Shown in pieces: positions 31,560-41,741 of a stretch of DNA of 64,000 nt. The notes below the pieces were generated by a model, which was given only the letters and a program-made list of their open reading frames with translations, was not told where the DNA came from and did no database searches. Numbering within the stretch: the stretch's first letter is position 1; every line of letters starts with the position of its first letter. The DNA comes from an uncultured Trueperaceae bacterium (GTDB lineage Bacteria; Deinococcota; Deinococci; Deinococcales; Trueperaceae). The position numbers were made by a program, and so were the translations under genes. The stretch is from assembly GCA_963815215.1 (NCBI GenBank), contig CAWFFU010000003.1, forward strand, positions 608,001 through 672,000, in the 5' to 3' direction.

Positions 31560-31741
31560 GCCTGGGCCGCCGAGATCCTCCCACCGCCCGCAACGTCTTC
31601 CCGCTCTCGCGGTTCAGGCGTACGACCTCGGCCTTGAACTCATCTGGATAGGGCGCGTTGCTCACGCTCGTCATGAACACGGTTCCTTCCTGGGCATGCT
31701 AGCTCAAGCAAACTCGTGTCCACCCAAACGGGGGAGCTTCG
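31560..31741 (-). mobile_element. IS3-family remnant (left end plus OrfA N-terminus)
   Basis: IR-like CGAAGCTCCCCCGTTTGGGTGGACAC (31741-31716); YPDEFKAEVVRLNRESGKTLRAV then frameshifted EDLG; no DDE domain. Confidence 0.7.
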
Positions 31742-31770
31742 TTGACACCCCCCACCGCCCCACGTATACT
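31742..31770 (+). promoter_or_regulatory. sigma70-type promoter of leu leader/leuCD
   Basis: TTGACA (31742-31747), 17 nt, TATACT (31765-31770). Confidence 0.88.
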
Positions 31771-31777
31771 CTGCCCA

Positions 31778-31858
31778 ATGCGAATCCGTCGGCGTTTGCG
31801 GGTGATCAACCTGTGGCAGAGTGTGCTGCTACGGCGAGGTGGGCCCGTCCGCGTCTAG
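31778..31858 (+). CDS. Putative leu leader peptide, 26 aa (MRIRRRLRVINLWQSVLLRRGGPVRV)
   Basis: ATG 7 nt after -10; 10 of 26 codons Leu/Val/Ile, including GTG-CTG-CTA; followed by a terminator. Confidence 0.7.
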   Translation: MRIRRRLRVINLWQSVLLRRGGPVRV

Positions 31859-31897
31859 GTTCGCAAACGAACTCGCGAGCCTGCAGATGAACGGTCG

Positions 31898-31934
31898 CGG
31901 CCTCCGGCACGGAAGTGCGGAGGCCGTTTCTTGT
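31898..31934 (+). terminator. Intrinsic terminator (attenuator) before leuC
   Basis: CGGCCTCC-g-GCAC-GGAA-GTGC-GGAGGCCG then TTTCTTGT. Confidence 0.8.
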
Positions 31935-31971
31935 CATGGAGGCGCTCACAGCGCCGAGCGAAAGGAAGAGC

Positions 31972-33402
31972 ATGGAGCAACCCCGAAGCCTGTACCAGAA
32001 GGTCTGGCAGGAGCACGCCGTACGACGCTTGCGCAACGGTCAGACGCAGCTCTTCATCGACACCCACCTCATCCACGAGGTCACCAGCCCGCAGGCGTTC
32101 GGCATGCTGCGCGACCGCGGGCTCGAGGTACTGATGCCGGAGCGCACCTACGCCACGGTCGATCACATCGTGCCGACCCATACGCGGCTCGAGCCCTTCG
32201 CCGACCCCCTGGCCGACGAGATGATCCGCGAACTGCGCAAGAACTGCGCCGAGAACCACATCCAGTTCTTCGACCTCGACAGCGGCCACCAGGGCATCGT
32301 GCACATGGTCGGGCCCGAGCAAGGCATCACCCAACCGGGCACCACGGTGGCGTGCGGTGACAGCCACACCTCGACCCACGGCGCCTTCGGGGCCATCGCC
32401 TTCGGCATCGGCACCAGCCAGGTGCGTGACGTGCTCGCCACCCAGACGCTGGCGATGAGCGAGCTGAAGGTGCGCCGCATCGAAGTGAACGGCCGGCTCC
32501 ATCCCGGCGTCTATGCCAAGGACGTCATCCTCCACATCATCCGTACGCTCGGCGTCAAGGGAGGGCTGGGGTACGCCTACGAGTACGCCGGCGACGTCTT
32601 CGACCGCATGAGCATGGAAGAGCGCATGACGGTGTGCAACATGTCGATCGAAGGGGGCGCCCGCTGCGGCTACGTCAACCCCGACGACACCACCTTCGCC
32701 TACCTCGAGGGGCGTCGCTACGCCCCCAAGGGCGCGGCGTGGGCCGAGGCCGTCGAGCGCTGGCGCGGTCTCGCGTCCGACCCCGGTTGCGCCTACGACG
32801 ACGTCGTGACCATCCGCGCCGAGGACATCCCCCCTACCGTCACCTGGGGCATCAACCCCGGCCAGGCGATCTCGATCGAGCAGCGCGTCCCGACCCCCGA
32901 CGGAGCCCCGGAGGGCGAGCGCGAGTCGATCGCCGAGGCGCTGGCGCACATGAAGCTGACGCCGGGCGCGCCCATCGCCGGCACCAAGGTCGACGTCGCC
33001 TTCTTCGGCTCCTGCACCAACGGTCGCGTGTCCGACTTCGTCGAGGCCGCCCGCTTCCTGAAGGGACGACGCGTCCACGATGACGTGCACGCCATCGCGG
33101 TTCCCGGTTCGCAGCACGTGAAGGCCGAGTGCGAGCGGCTCGGCATCGACCGCGTGTTCCGCGACGCGGGCTTCGAGTGGCGCGACGCCGGCTGCTCGAT
33201 GTGCCTGGCCATGAACCCCGACAAGCTGGTGGGCGATCAGCTCTGCGCCAGCACCTCCAACCGCAACTTCAAGGGCCGGCAGGGCAGCCCCACCGGCCGC
33301 ACCATCCTGATGAGCCCGGTCATGGTGGCCGCCGCAGCGGTCACCGGCAGGGTCAGCGATGCGCGCGAGATCTTCGGCGTGGCGCGAGAGGCGGTGGCCT
33401 GA
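31972..33402 (+). CDS. leuC: 3-isopropylmalate dehydratase large subunit
   Basis: [49 protein letters not shown]. Confidence 0.98.
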   Translation: MEQPRSLYQKVWQEHAVRRLRNGQTQLFIDTHLIHEVTSPQAFGMLRDRGLEVLMPERTYATVDHIVPTHTRLEPFADPLADEMIRELRKNCAENHIQFFDLDSGHQGIVHMVGPEQGITQPGTTVACGDSHTSTHGAFGAIAFGIGTSQVRDVLATQTLAMSELKVRRIEVNGRLHPGVYAKDVILHIIRTLGVKGGLGYAYEYAGDVFDRMSMEERMTVCNMSIEGGARCGYVNPDDTTFAYLEGRRYAPKGAAWAEAVERWRGLASDPGCAYDDVVTIRAEDIPPTVTWGINPGQAISIEQRVPTPDGAPEGERESIAEALAHMKLTPGAPIAGTKVDVAFFGSCTNGRVSDFVEAARFLKGRRVHDDVHAIAVPGSQHVKAECERLGIDRVFRDAGFEWRDAGCSMCLAMNPDKLVGDQLCASTSNRNFKGRQGSPTGRTILMSPVMVAAAAVTGRVSDAREIFGVAREAVA

Positions 33403-33403
33403 C

Positions 33404-34012
33404 ATGGCGATGGAAGCCATCCGTGAGATCCGAGGGCGGGCCGTTCCGCTGCCCGGCGACGACATCGACACCGACCGCATCATCCCGGCGCGCTACCTCA
33501 AGTGTGTGACGTTCGACGATCTCGCCGAGGGACTGTTCCGCGACGAGCGTTTCGACGAGTCCGGCGCCGCCAAGGGGCACGCGCTCGATGACCCGCGCTA
33601 CGCGGGCGCGCGCGTGCTGATCTCGGGCAGCAACTTCGGTTGCGGCTCGAGCCGTGAACACGCCCCGCAGTCGATCGCCCGCGCCGGCTTCGAGGCCGTC
33701 ATCGCGGAGAGCTTCGCCGAGATCTTCTTCGGGAACGCCACCACCCTGGGGCTGGTGTGCGTGGCCGTCTCCCCCGAGGCGCGCCGCGCCTTGATCGAGG
33801 CGGTGCGCGCCGACCCGCAGCTCGAGCTCGTCATCGACGTCGCCGCCGGCCAGGTGCGCGCCGGCGACCGGACCTTCGAGGCGAGCCTGCCGTCGTCGGC
33901 CCGGGAAGCGCTGCTCGATGGCTTCTGGGACCCCCTGGGCGAGCTCCTCGAGGGCGTGAGCGCGGTACGCGAGGTAGCCGAGCGCCTGGGCCACGTCGCC
34001 GCCGGCGCCTGA
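33404..34012 (+). CDS. leuD: 3-isopropylmalate dehydratase small subunit
   Basis: [35 protein letters not shown]. Confidence 0.97.
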   Translation: MAMEAIREIRGRAVPLPGDDIDTDRIIPARYLKCVTFDDLAEGLFRDERFDESGAAKGHALDDPRYAGARVLISGSNFGCGSSREHAPQSIARAGFEAVIAESFAEIFFGNATTLGLVCVAVSPEARRALIEAVRADPQLELVIDVAAGQVRAGDRTFEASLPSSAREALLDGFWDPLGELLEGVSAVREVAERLGHVAAGA

Positions 34013-34017
34013 GCCCG

Positions 34018-34803
34018 GTGCGCGCGTCCGCTCAACAACCGGAGGGCCGCTGGTCCGAGCGGGGGGCGGCCTACGCCGTCAGCCGCGAGCACGTCGCCGG
34101 CCCATCGCTGCCCAAACTCCTTGCGCTGGCCGACCCCCGCCCCGGCGATCGCTGTCTTGACGTGGGCACCGGCGCCGGCCACACCGCCGCGTGCCTGGCC
34201 CGCACGGGCGCCGACGTGGTGGCGCTCGACCCCGCTGCCGGCATGCTCGGCGCGGCGCGCCGGCGCTACGGCGCACTCCCCGGGCTGCGCTTCGTCGAAG
34301 CCCCCGGCGACGCCACCGGCCTGCAGGACGACGCCTTCGACCTGGTGACCGCACGCCACACCCTGCACCATCACGCCGACCCGAACGCCACGCTGCGCGA
34401 GATCGCTCGCGTGCTGAAGCCCGGCGGACGCTTCGTGCTGGTCGATGAGATCACTCCCGACCCGCGCGTGGACGCCTGGCTGGACGCGGTCTCACGTGCG
34501 CGCGACGCCACCCACGTGCGCGCCTACACCCTGGACGAGTGGCACGCCATGCTCGCCACGGCGGGCCTGCTCTGGGTGGTGGGCGACACCGACACCCGTT
34601 ATCGCATGGAGGTCGACGCCTGGATCGGCCGCATGGACCTGCCGGAGACCGAGCAGGCCGAGGTCCGCAGGCTCTTCCGGGAGGCAGGGCCGCTCGAGCG
34701 AAGGTTGTTCACGATCGAGTACGAGGCCGGGGAGGCGGTGCGCTTCGCGCTGCCCATGGCGGTGGTCCTGACCACCCGCCCCGCGGAGGGAGAGACGTCA
34801 TGA
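34018..34803 (+). CDS. Class I SAM-dependent methyltransferase (YcgJ/UbiE-like)
   Basis: [39 protein letters not shown] overlap with leuB. Confidence 0.88.
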   Translation: MRASAQQPEGRWSERGAAYAVSREHVAGPSLPKLLALADPRPGDRCLDVGTGAGHTAACLARTGADVVALDPAAGMLGAARRRYGALPGLRFVEAPGDATGLQDDAFDLVTARHTLHHHADPNATLREIARVLKPGGRFVLVDEITPDPRVDAWLDAVSRARDATHVRAYTLDEWHAMLATAGLLWVVGDTDTRYRMEVDAWIGRMDLPETEQAEVRRLFREAGPLERRLFTIEYEAGEAVRFALPMAVVLTTRPAEGETS

Positions 34804-35879
34804 GCTATCACATCGCGGTCCTACCGGGCGACTTCATCGGCCCGGAGGTCATCGACGCCACCGTACGCACGCTGGAGGCGATGCAGGCCACTCACGGCCT
34901 GGCCTTCGAGTTCGAGCGCCTGCCCTTCGGCGGCGGCGCCGTCGACAGCCATGGCGAGCCGCTGCCGCAGGTCACGCGCAACGCCGTGAGTCGGGCCGAC
35001 GCGGTGCTGATGGGCTCGGCCGGCGGCCCCGTGGGCGATCACCCGTGGAACCGGCTGCCACGCGAGAAGCGCGTCGAGTCCGGCATCCTGGCGCTGCGGC
35101 GCCATCTGGGCGTGTACGCCAACCTGCGGCCCGTGAAGGTCTTCGCCGGGCTCGAGCGCCTCTCCCCGCTCAAGGAGACGGTGGCCCGCGGCACCGACCT
35201 GCTGATCCTGCGCGAGCTCACCGGCGGCATCTACTTCGGCAAGCCCTCCTACGCCCGCGAGGAGCAGGGTCTGTCCACCATGGTCTACGACCGCTTCGAG
35301 GTGGAGCGCATCGCCCGCGTCGCCTTCGAGACCGCCCGCAAGCGTCGCAACAAGGTCACCAACGTCGACAAGTCCAACGTCCTTGACGTCTCGCAGTTCT
35401 GGCGCGACGTGGTGGTGGGCGTGCACCGGGCCGAGTTCCCCGACGTCGAGCTCGACCACCTGTACGTCGACAACGCCGCCATGCAGCTGGTGCGCGCCCC
35501 GACCGACTTCGACGTGATCGTCACCGGCAACCTCTTCGGAGACATCCTGTCCGACCTCGCCGCGGTCATCCCCGGCTCCCTGGGAGTGCTTCCGTCGGCC
35601 AGCCTGGGCGGCGACGTAGGGCTGTACGAGCCGGTCCACGGCAGCGCCCCGGACATCGCCGGCAAGGGCATCGCCAATCCGGTCGGGACCCTGCTGTCCG
35701 CCGCCATGATGCTGCGCCACGGCCTGGACCGGGCCGACGCCGCGGACGCGCTGGAGGCGGCGGTCCAGGCGGCGCTGGCCGACGACGCCACTGTCGATCT
35801 TGGCGGCAGCCGCGGCACCGAGGCGTTCACCGACGGCGTGATCAACGCGCTGCAGGCGGCCGCCACAGCGGTCGCCTGA
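34800..35879 (+). CDS. leuB: 3-isopropylmalate dehydrogenase
   Basis: LPGDFIGPEV, NLRP, RELTGGIYFG, NLFGDILSD, EPVHGSAPDIAG. Confidence 0.97.
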   Translation: MSYHIAVLPGDFIGPEVIDATVRTLEAMQATHGLAFEFERLPFGGGAVDSHGEPLPQVTRNAVSRADAVLMGSAGGPVGDHPWNRLPREKRVESGILALRRHLGVYANLRPVKVFAGLERLSPLKETVARGTDLLILRELTGGIYFGKPSYAREEQGLSTMVYDRFEVERIARVAFETARKRRNKVTNVDKSNVLDVSQFWRDVVVGVHRAEFPDVELDHLYVDNAAMQLVRAPTDFDVIVTGNLFGDILSDLAAVIPGSLGVLPSASLGGDVGLYEPVHGSAPDIAGKGIANPVGTLLSAAMMLRHGLDRADAADALEAAVQAALADDATVDLGGSRGTEAFTDGVINALQAAATAVA

Positions 35880-35964
35880 GCGGCGCGCGGGGCGCCGCGG
35901 CGGTGTCCTCGCCGCATGGGCCGTGGGTGAGGGCCACGCGCCCACGGCCCGTACAATGACCGCG

Positions 35965-37164
35965 ATGTCCGCTGACCCGAGCCCCACCCCAAGCGCAGCC
36001 CCGCTGCGCCCCTCGAGCCGCATCGCCGGCTTCTCCGAGACGGTGTTCGCGACCTACTCGCGGCTCTCCCGGCAGCACGGCGCCATCGACCTGGGCCAGG
36101 GCTTCCCCGGCTTCGATCCGCCCGCCTTCGTGCTCGAGGCGCTGGCGGCCAGCGCGGCCGGCGGGCAGCAGTACGCCCCGCTCGGCGGCCTGCCCGAGCT
36201 GACCGAGGAGATCGCGCTCGACCTCGGCGCCCGCCTGGGCTTCCCGCTCGACCCGGCCGCCAACGTGCTGGTGACGGTGGGCGCCACCGAGGGGCTGTTC
36301 GCCGCGATCCAGGCGTTCGTCTCCCCCGGCGACGAGGTGCTGCTGATCGAGCCGTTCTACGACGCCTACCCCGCCGACGTGGTGATGGCCGGGGGCGTGC
36401 CTCGTTACCTGCCGCTCGACCTCGACCACGGCCGCTGGAGCCTGGACCCGGAGAAGCTCCACCGCGCGGTCGGGCGGGGCACCAGGGCGATCATCGTCAA
36501 CACGCCGCACAACCCCACCGGCAAGGTGTTCACGCCGGCCGAGCTCGACGCCCTGGTGGCCGAGGCGACGCGCGTGGGCGCGGTGCTCATCAGCGACGAG
36601 GTGTACCAGCGCATCGCCTTCACCGAGCACGTCCCGCTCGCCAGCCGACCCGGCGCCTGGGAGCGCACCCTGACGGTGGCCAGCCTGGGCAAGACCTTCT
36701 CGGTGACCGGCTGGAAGGTCGGGTGGGTGAGCGGCCCGCAGGCGCTGGTCCGGGCCGTCACGATGGCGCACCAGTGGATCCCCTTCGACGTCGCCACGCC
36801 GCTACAGCGCGCGGGCGCGAGCATGCTGCGCCACGCGCGCCAGAGCGACTACTACGACGAGCTGCGCGCCGACTTCCGGCGCCGCCGCGACGTGCTGCTC
36901 GAGGCGCTGGCCCCCACCCCGCTCGCGGCGATGGTGCCCGACGCCGGCTACTTCGTGGTGGCCGACAGCAGTGCCCTGGACTACCCCGACGACGTGGCGC
37001 TGTGCCGGGACCTGCCGGCCCGCGCCGGCGTCGGCGCCATCCCGCCGAGCGCCTTCTACGCCGACGAGCACAAGCACCTCGCCCGCCATCTGGTGCGCCT
37101 GGCGTTCTGCAAGGACGAAGACGCTCTGCGTGAAGCCTGCCGGCGCCTCGCCGCGCTGGCCTGA
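35965..37164 (+). CDS. Class I/II PLP aminotransferase (YbdL/kynurenine-AT-like)
   Basis: DLGQGFP, NTPHNPTG, SDEVY, SLGKTFSVTGWKVG; TACAAT 7 nt before ATG. Confidence 0.92.
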   Translation: MSADPSPTPSAAPLRPSSRIAGFSETVFATYSRLSRQHGAIDLGQGFPGFDPPAFVLEALAASAAGGQQYAPLGGLPELTEEIALDLGARLGFPLDPAANVLVTVGATEGLFAAIQAFVSPGDEVLLIEPFYDAYPADVVMAGGVPRYLPLDLDHGRWSLDPEKLHRAVGRGTRAIIVNTPHNPTGKVFTPAELDALVAEATRVGAVLISDEVYQRIAFTEHVPLASRPGAWERTLTVASLGKTFSVTGWKVGWVSGPQALVRAVTMAHQWIPFDVATPLQRAGASMLRHARQSDYYDELRADFRRRRDVLLEALAPTPLAAMVPDAGYFVVADSSALDYPDDVALCRDLPARAGVGAIPPSAFYADEHKHLARHLVRLAFCKDEDALREACRRLAALA

Positions 37165-37202
37165 GGGCGCATGCCGGCGACGCGGCGGAGCCCGGAGCTG
37201 CC

Positions 37203-37931
37203 ATGACCGAGAGCACGTTGGTGATCTTCGTCGGCCTCACCGGGGTCGGCAAGAGCACCGCCCTGGCGGCGCTGCGGGCCGCCGTGCCCGACGCGCTCCT
37301 GCTCCCCAACCGGCGCGCTCTGGCCGACACCCTGGTGATCCCCGAGGCGCAACGCCTCGAGGGCGAAGCGCCGCGGCCGGTGCGGGACCGGCTCGAACGC
37401 TTCCGCCTCACCGCCCGCTACCGCCGCGAGCACCCCGGCGGCATGGCGCACGCCCTGGAACGCTTCCTGGCCGGACAGCAGCACGACGCGCCCGCGGCGC
37501 CGCTGCTGCTGTTCGACAACCTGCGCGGCGACGACGAGGTCGGTTACGCGGTCCAGGCCTTCCCCGGCGCGCGCTTCGTGGCGCTGGAGGCGCCGCCGGC
37601 GGTGCGGGTGTTACGCCTGGCGGGCCGCGGTGACGCCTTCGATCGCGTCGAGGCCGGCGCCGCAGCGAACGGCGCCCTGCTGGCGCGGCTGCAGGGCATC
37701 GAGGGGCTGGCGCACCTGACCGACCTGCCGAGTCTGGCGGCCGCTGCCGCCGGCCTCGATCCGGACGCGGTCGAGACCGGCGCCCGCGTGATCGTCGAGG
37801 AGAGCCTGCACTACGATCCGGAGGCCGCCTGGCGCCGCCTCGAGCCGCTGCCCGAACGGCGCCGGTTGCGGCTCGACACCGGACGGCTCGACCCGGGGCG
37901 GGTCGCCTCCCGACTGCGGGACTGGCTGTAG
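37203..37931 (+). CDS. P-loop NTPase, small-molecule-kinase-like
   Basis: N-terminal GLTGVGKST, LLFDNLRG, VRVLRL lid-like motif, C-terminal LDT. Confidence 0.75.
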   Translation: MTESTLVIFVGLTGVGKSTALAALRAAVPDALLLPNRRALADTLVIPEAQRLEGEAPRPVRDRLERFRLTARYRREHPGGMAHALERFLAGQQHDAPAAPLLLFDNLRGDDEVGYAVQAFPGARFVALEAPPAVRVLRLAGRGDAFDRVEAGAAANGALLARLQGIEGLAHLTDLPSLAAAAAGLDPDAVETGARVIVEESLHYDPEAAWRRLEPLPERRRLRLDTGRLDPGRVASRLRDWL

Positions 37932-37941
37932 GCTGGTCGGC

Positions 37942-39027
37942 ATGGCCCGGATCGCGCGCATCGGCTTCGCCCCGCTGTCCCTCCCCATGGCCGGCGCCCT
38001 GCGCTGGGGCGCGGGCAGCGAGCTGCGTGCGCTCGAACACCTGCTCGTCGGTATCGAACTCGAGGGCGGCGCCCTGGGCGTGGCGGAGGCGCCGGTGCGC
38101 CCCACCATCTACGGCGAGACGCGCGAGGGCATGGAGGCCGCCCTTCGAGGCCAGCTGGCTCCCCGGCTGGCGGGCATCGAGGCCGACGACGACGACAGCG
38201 TCCAACGGATCTTCGCGACGCTCCCCTTCAACCACGCCCTCAAGGGCGCGCTCGATCTCGCGCTGGCCGAAGCCCATGCGGCTTCGCTGGGCGCCAGCCT
38301 GGCGCAGCGCTCCGCCGGCCCGCAGCGCCGCCCGCGCGTCAGCTTCATCCTGGGCATCGCCGGGCTCGACGCCATGCTGGCGGAAGCGCGCGCGGTAGTC
38401 GCGGCGGGCGTGCGGGTACTGAAGGTGAAGGTGGGGCGCGACGCCAAGCACGACGAGCGCGTGCTCCGCGCCCTGCGCGACGCTCTGGGCGACGGGGTGC
38501 AGCTCTACGCCGACGCCAACGAGACCCTCACCGAAGCCGAGGCTCCGCGGGCGCTGGAACGGCTCGCCGGCCTGGGCGTCAGCTACGTGGAGGAACCGCT
38601 CCCAGTCCACCGGTTGGCGGCGCGGCGGCGCCTGCGCGCAGAGGCCATCCTGCCTCTGATCGCCGACGACAGCGCCTTCACGCCCGCCGCGCTCGAACGC
38701 GAGCTGGAGGCCGACACCTTCGACATCCTCAACATCAAGCCGGCGCGCAGCGGCTGGCACGACACGCGACGCATGCTGGCGATGGCGAGGGCCGCGGGCA
38801 AGGGCGTGATGATCGGCTCCCAGGCCTCGAGCGGGCTCGGCACGCTGCACAGCGCCGTGGCGGCCAGCCTCGAGGGCGTGACGCACCCGAGCGAGCTCAG
38901 CTTCCCGCTCAAGCTCGAGCGCGACAGCCTCGACCGGGCGCTCCCGCTCGCCGACGGCATCCTCGATCTCGACGCGCTCGTTGGCGCCCGCTTGCGGCCG
39001 GAGTTGTGGACGCCCACCTGGCTATAG
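37942..39027 (+). CDS. Enolase-superfamily enzyme (MLE/dipeptide-epimerase subgroup)
   Basis: LKVKVG, DAN, EEP, ADDS, NIK. Confidence 0.88.
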   Translation: MARIARIGFAPLSLPMAGALRWGAGSELRALEHLLVGIELEGGALGVAEAPVRPTIYGETREGMEAALRGQLAPRLAGIEADDDDSVQRIFATLPFNHALKGALDLALAEAHAASLGASLAQRSAGPQRRPRVSFILGIAGLDAMLAEARAVVAAGVRVLKVKVGRDAKHDERVLRALRDALGDGVQLYADANETLTEAEAPRALERLAGLGVSYVEEPLPVHRLAARRRLRAEAILPLIADDSAFTPAALERELEADTFDILNIKPARSGWHDTRRMLAMARAAGKGVMIGSQASSGLGTLHSAVAASLEGVTHPSELSFPLKLERDSLDRALPLADGILDLDALVGARLRPELWTPTWL

Positions 39028-39148
39028 CCCGGCCGCGTCACCGCGGTACGATGACGGGCGTCGCCCCGGGCGGGGGGAAGCGTCCCGCCACCGGTCCACC
39101 GCGTCATCGCGGGGACCGCGGCGCCACGCGGGGGCCCGGAGGTCGAAG

Positions 39149-39604
39149 ATGGAGAAGTCCGTGGTCGCCGCAATTCTCGTCAGTCTGCTCGCAGGGATCG
39201 CCATCGGTGCGCAGGGCAGCGTCCTGCGTACCGCCGAGAGGGCGGTCGGCGCCGTGCGCGCCGGTCTGCTGGTCAACATCGCCGGCGGCACCCTGTCGGC
39301 GGCGGTCCTGCTGCTCGTCTCGGTCCTTGGCGGCGGCCTGCTGTGGGGCGCCCTGCTGCGCAGCTCGCCCTACTGGGGCGCCGCCGGCGCCTTGGGCATC
39401 GGCATCCTCACCGCCATAGCCTTCGCCCTGCCGCGCCTGGGCATGGCCGCCGGTCTCGGTGGGATCATCGTCGGCCAGATGGCGGCCGCCGTGGTGATCG
39501 ACGCCGCGGGATGGGGCGGCGCCCGCATCCCGGTGACGCCGGCCCGAGCGCTGGGCCTGGCGTTGATGGCGATCGCCATCGTCTTGCTGCTGCCTCGTCG
39601 CTGA
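39149..39604 (+). CDS. DMT family transporter (YdcZ/DUF606-like)
   Basis: AGIAIGAQG, PRLG, GQMAAAVVID; about 5 TMs; GGAGG RBS. Confidence 0.85.
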   Translation: MEKSVVAAILVSLLAGIAIGAQGSVLRTAERAVGAVRAGLLVNIAGGTLSAAVLLLVSVLGGGLLWGALLRSSPYWGAAGALGIGILTAIAFALPRLGMAAGLGGIIVGQMAAAVVIDAAGWGGARIPVTPARALGLALMAIAIVLLLPRR

Positions 39605-39616
39605 GCGGCCGCGCTC

Positions 39617-41074
39617 TCAGGGCAGCACCAGAAGGCTCCCGAACGCCAGCCCCAACGCCCCCAGCGTGATCACGCCCGGCCCTCCGAGCGCGCTCAGGAC
39701 CCACATCAGCGTGCCGCTCAGCAGACCCGACAGACCCCAGGCCGTCCACTCGCGGTGCGACACGTGCAGCCAGCTCGACGCCTTCTCCAGGATGACGGTC
39801 GCCAGCGCCACCAACGCGAACCCCAGTAGGCCGGCTTCCCCGGAGCCCGCGGGTCCGCCGGTCGCCGAGCGCACCACGGCGAACAGCGCGAACAGCGCTG
39901 CGGCCACGATCAGACCCGGCAGCACGCGCCCGCCGCCGCGCGAGAACGGATCGAGCGGCACCGGAGCGGGCTCGACCGACGGTCCCAGCAGCCACGAGGC
40001 CAGGAAGCCCGCGGCCAGCCCCAGCACCGCCAGCGGCAGGCCTCCCACGACGCCGGCCGAGAGCATGGCATAGACGTAGCCGAGCGCCGCCAGCAGCGCC
40101 ACCTTCATCAGCAGCGGCGCCCGCAGCAGGCTCAGCGCGCTGCGCCAGGCCACCGCGCCCAGCGGCCCGTACTCGGTGGACGGCGCCTTCAGCCTCAGCC
40201 GGGCGCTGCCCGAGCGCCGTCCCTTGCCCCGCCGTCGCGTGCGGGTGGTGACGCCGCGGCGTCGCAGCGCGCCCGCCGACTGCGTCATGACCGCCATCAG
40301 CACGGACGTGCGGAACTCGGCCACCACCATGGCGTCGAAGAGGTAGCCGGCGGGGTAGCCCGCCCCCTGGTAGGCGAACGCCGCGGCGGCCGCCAGCACC
40401 CCCAACGCCGACGCGACGCCCGCCGCCAGCACCGGCGCAGCGGCGCCCTGCCCGAACCCCAGCGCCCCGGAGGCGGCGCCCAGCGCCGCCAGCAACGAGG
40501 CGAGCAGCGCCAGCGGCAGGGCGATCGGCCGGCGTTCGTACACCAGCATCGCCAGCGCCGCCCGCAACAGCCACAGCCCGGCGCCGAGCGCCACCAGCGC
40601 CGGCACCGACACCGCGAACAGGATGGTGACCAGCAGCCACGTGGCGGTGCCGACGACGGCGCCGACGACCACCCGCGACACGAAGAACCCCAGCAGACGC
40701 GGCCGCAGCACGCGCCGGGCCGACCAGGGCGAGAGGCCCAGCAGCATGGCGTGGCTCCGGCCCAGCACCACCGGCGGCGAGCGCTGCAACGACACGCTCA
40801 CCAAGGCCAGCAGCGCCAGGGTGTCGAGCGCGACCGGCAGGATCGTCGCCGGCAACGGGTGCTCGATCGGCGCCGCCGACTGCACCCCGCCGACGACGAA
40901 CAGCGCGATCCAGAACAGCAGGTAGATGATGGTCGACCAGCCGAAGGTCTGGCCCACCCAGCGGTAACCGCGGCCCACGCGGCGTCGCAACATGCGGCGC
41001 TCCAGCGCGGCCACACTCGCCCCGGGGGTCACAGCCCCGGCCGCCGACGCGCTAGCCACGTCGCCGGCCCACAT
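39617..41074 (-). CDS. Putative ABC exporter permease
   Basis: Many hydrophobic segments; overlaps the ABC ATPase 3' end; start uncertain. Confidence 0.65.
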   Translation of the reverse strand: MWAGDVASASAAGAVTPGASVAALERRMLRRRVGRGYRWVGQTFGWSTIIYLLFWIALFVVGGVQSAAPIEHPLPATILPVALDTLALLALVSVSLQRSPPVVLGRSHAMLLGLSPWSARRVLRPRLLGFFVSRVVVGAVVGTATWLLVTILFAVSVPALVALGAGLWLLRAALAMLVYERRPIALPLALLASLLAALGAASGALGFGQGAAAPVLAAGVASALGVLAAAAAFAYQGAGYPAGYLFDAMVVAEFRTSVLMAVMTQSAGALRRRGVTTRTRRRGKGRRSGSARLRLKAPSTEYGPLGAVAWRSALSLLRAPLLMKVALLAALGYVYAMLSAGVVGGLPLAVLGLAAGFLASWLLGPSVEPAPVPLDPFSRGGGRVLPGLIVAAALFALFAVVRSATGGPAGSGEAGLLGFALVALATVILEKASSWLHVSHREWTAWGLSGLLSGTLMWVLSALGGPGVITLGALGLAFGSLLVLP

Positions 41075-41741
41075 GGCCCCCGCGCACCTCGACGACCTCC
41101 GCCCCCAGGTCGCGCTCGAGCGCCTGGTCGTGCGCGCTGAGCAGGTTGATGCGCCCGTCCTGGGCGCGTTGGCGCAGCGCCTCGGCCAGGGTCTCGCGCG
41201 CGTCGACGTCTAGCGTGTTGAACGGTTCGTCGAGCAACAGCAGGTCCGGCTCCAGGCCCAGCGCCAGCGCCAGCGCCGCCTTGTGGCGCATGCCGCGCGA
41301 GTGGGTACCGGGGAACTCGTCGACGCGGTCGGCCAGCTCGAAGCGCTCGTACCACGTCAGCGTCCTCTCCTCGGCCTCGGGTCGTGCGTAGGCGCGGCTG
41401 AGGAAGGCCGCGTGCTCGCGCACCGTGAGGTCCTCGAAGAGCGTGGGAACGTCGGCGACGAAGGCGAAGGCGGCGCGTCCTTCCAGCGTCCGCGGCCGGG
41501 CGCCGGACAACAGGATCTCGCCCTTGAACGGGAGCAGGCCGGCGATCGCGCGCAACAGGGTGCTCTTGCCGGCTCCGTTGGGGCCGCGCAGCAGCACCGT
41601 CCGACCGGCGGGCAGGACCAGGTCGACGTCCGCCAGGACGGCTTCGCCGCCGAAGACGACCGTGACCTCCTGGAGCTCCACGCGCGGTTGCGGCGCGCCG
41701 TCGTCGGTCCTCTGCGGTGTGCGGGGGGTCGATTGACTCAT
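41052..41741 (-). CDS. ABC transporter ATP-binding protein
   Basis: [13 protein letters not shown] signature, LLLDEP, SAHD. Confidence 0.9.
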   Translation of the reverse strand: MSQSTPRTPQRTDDGAPQPRVELQEVTVVFGGEAVLADVDLVLPAGRTVLLRGPNGAGKSTLLRAIAGLLPFKGEILLSGARPRTLEGRAAFAFVADVPTLFEDLTVREHAAFLSRAYARPEAEERTLTWYERFELADRVDEFPGTHSRGMRHKAALALALGLEPDLLLLDEPFNTLDVDARETLAEALRQRAQDGRINLLSAHDQALERDLGAEVVEVRGGHVGRRRG

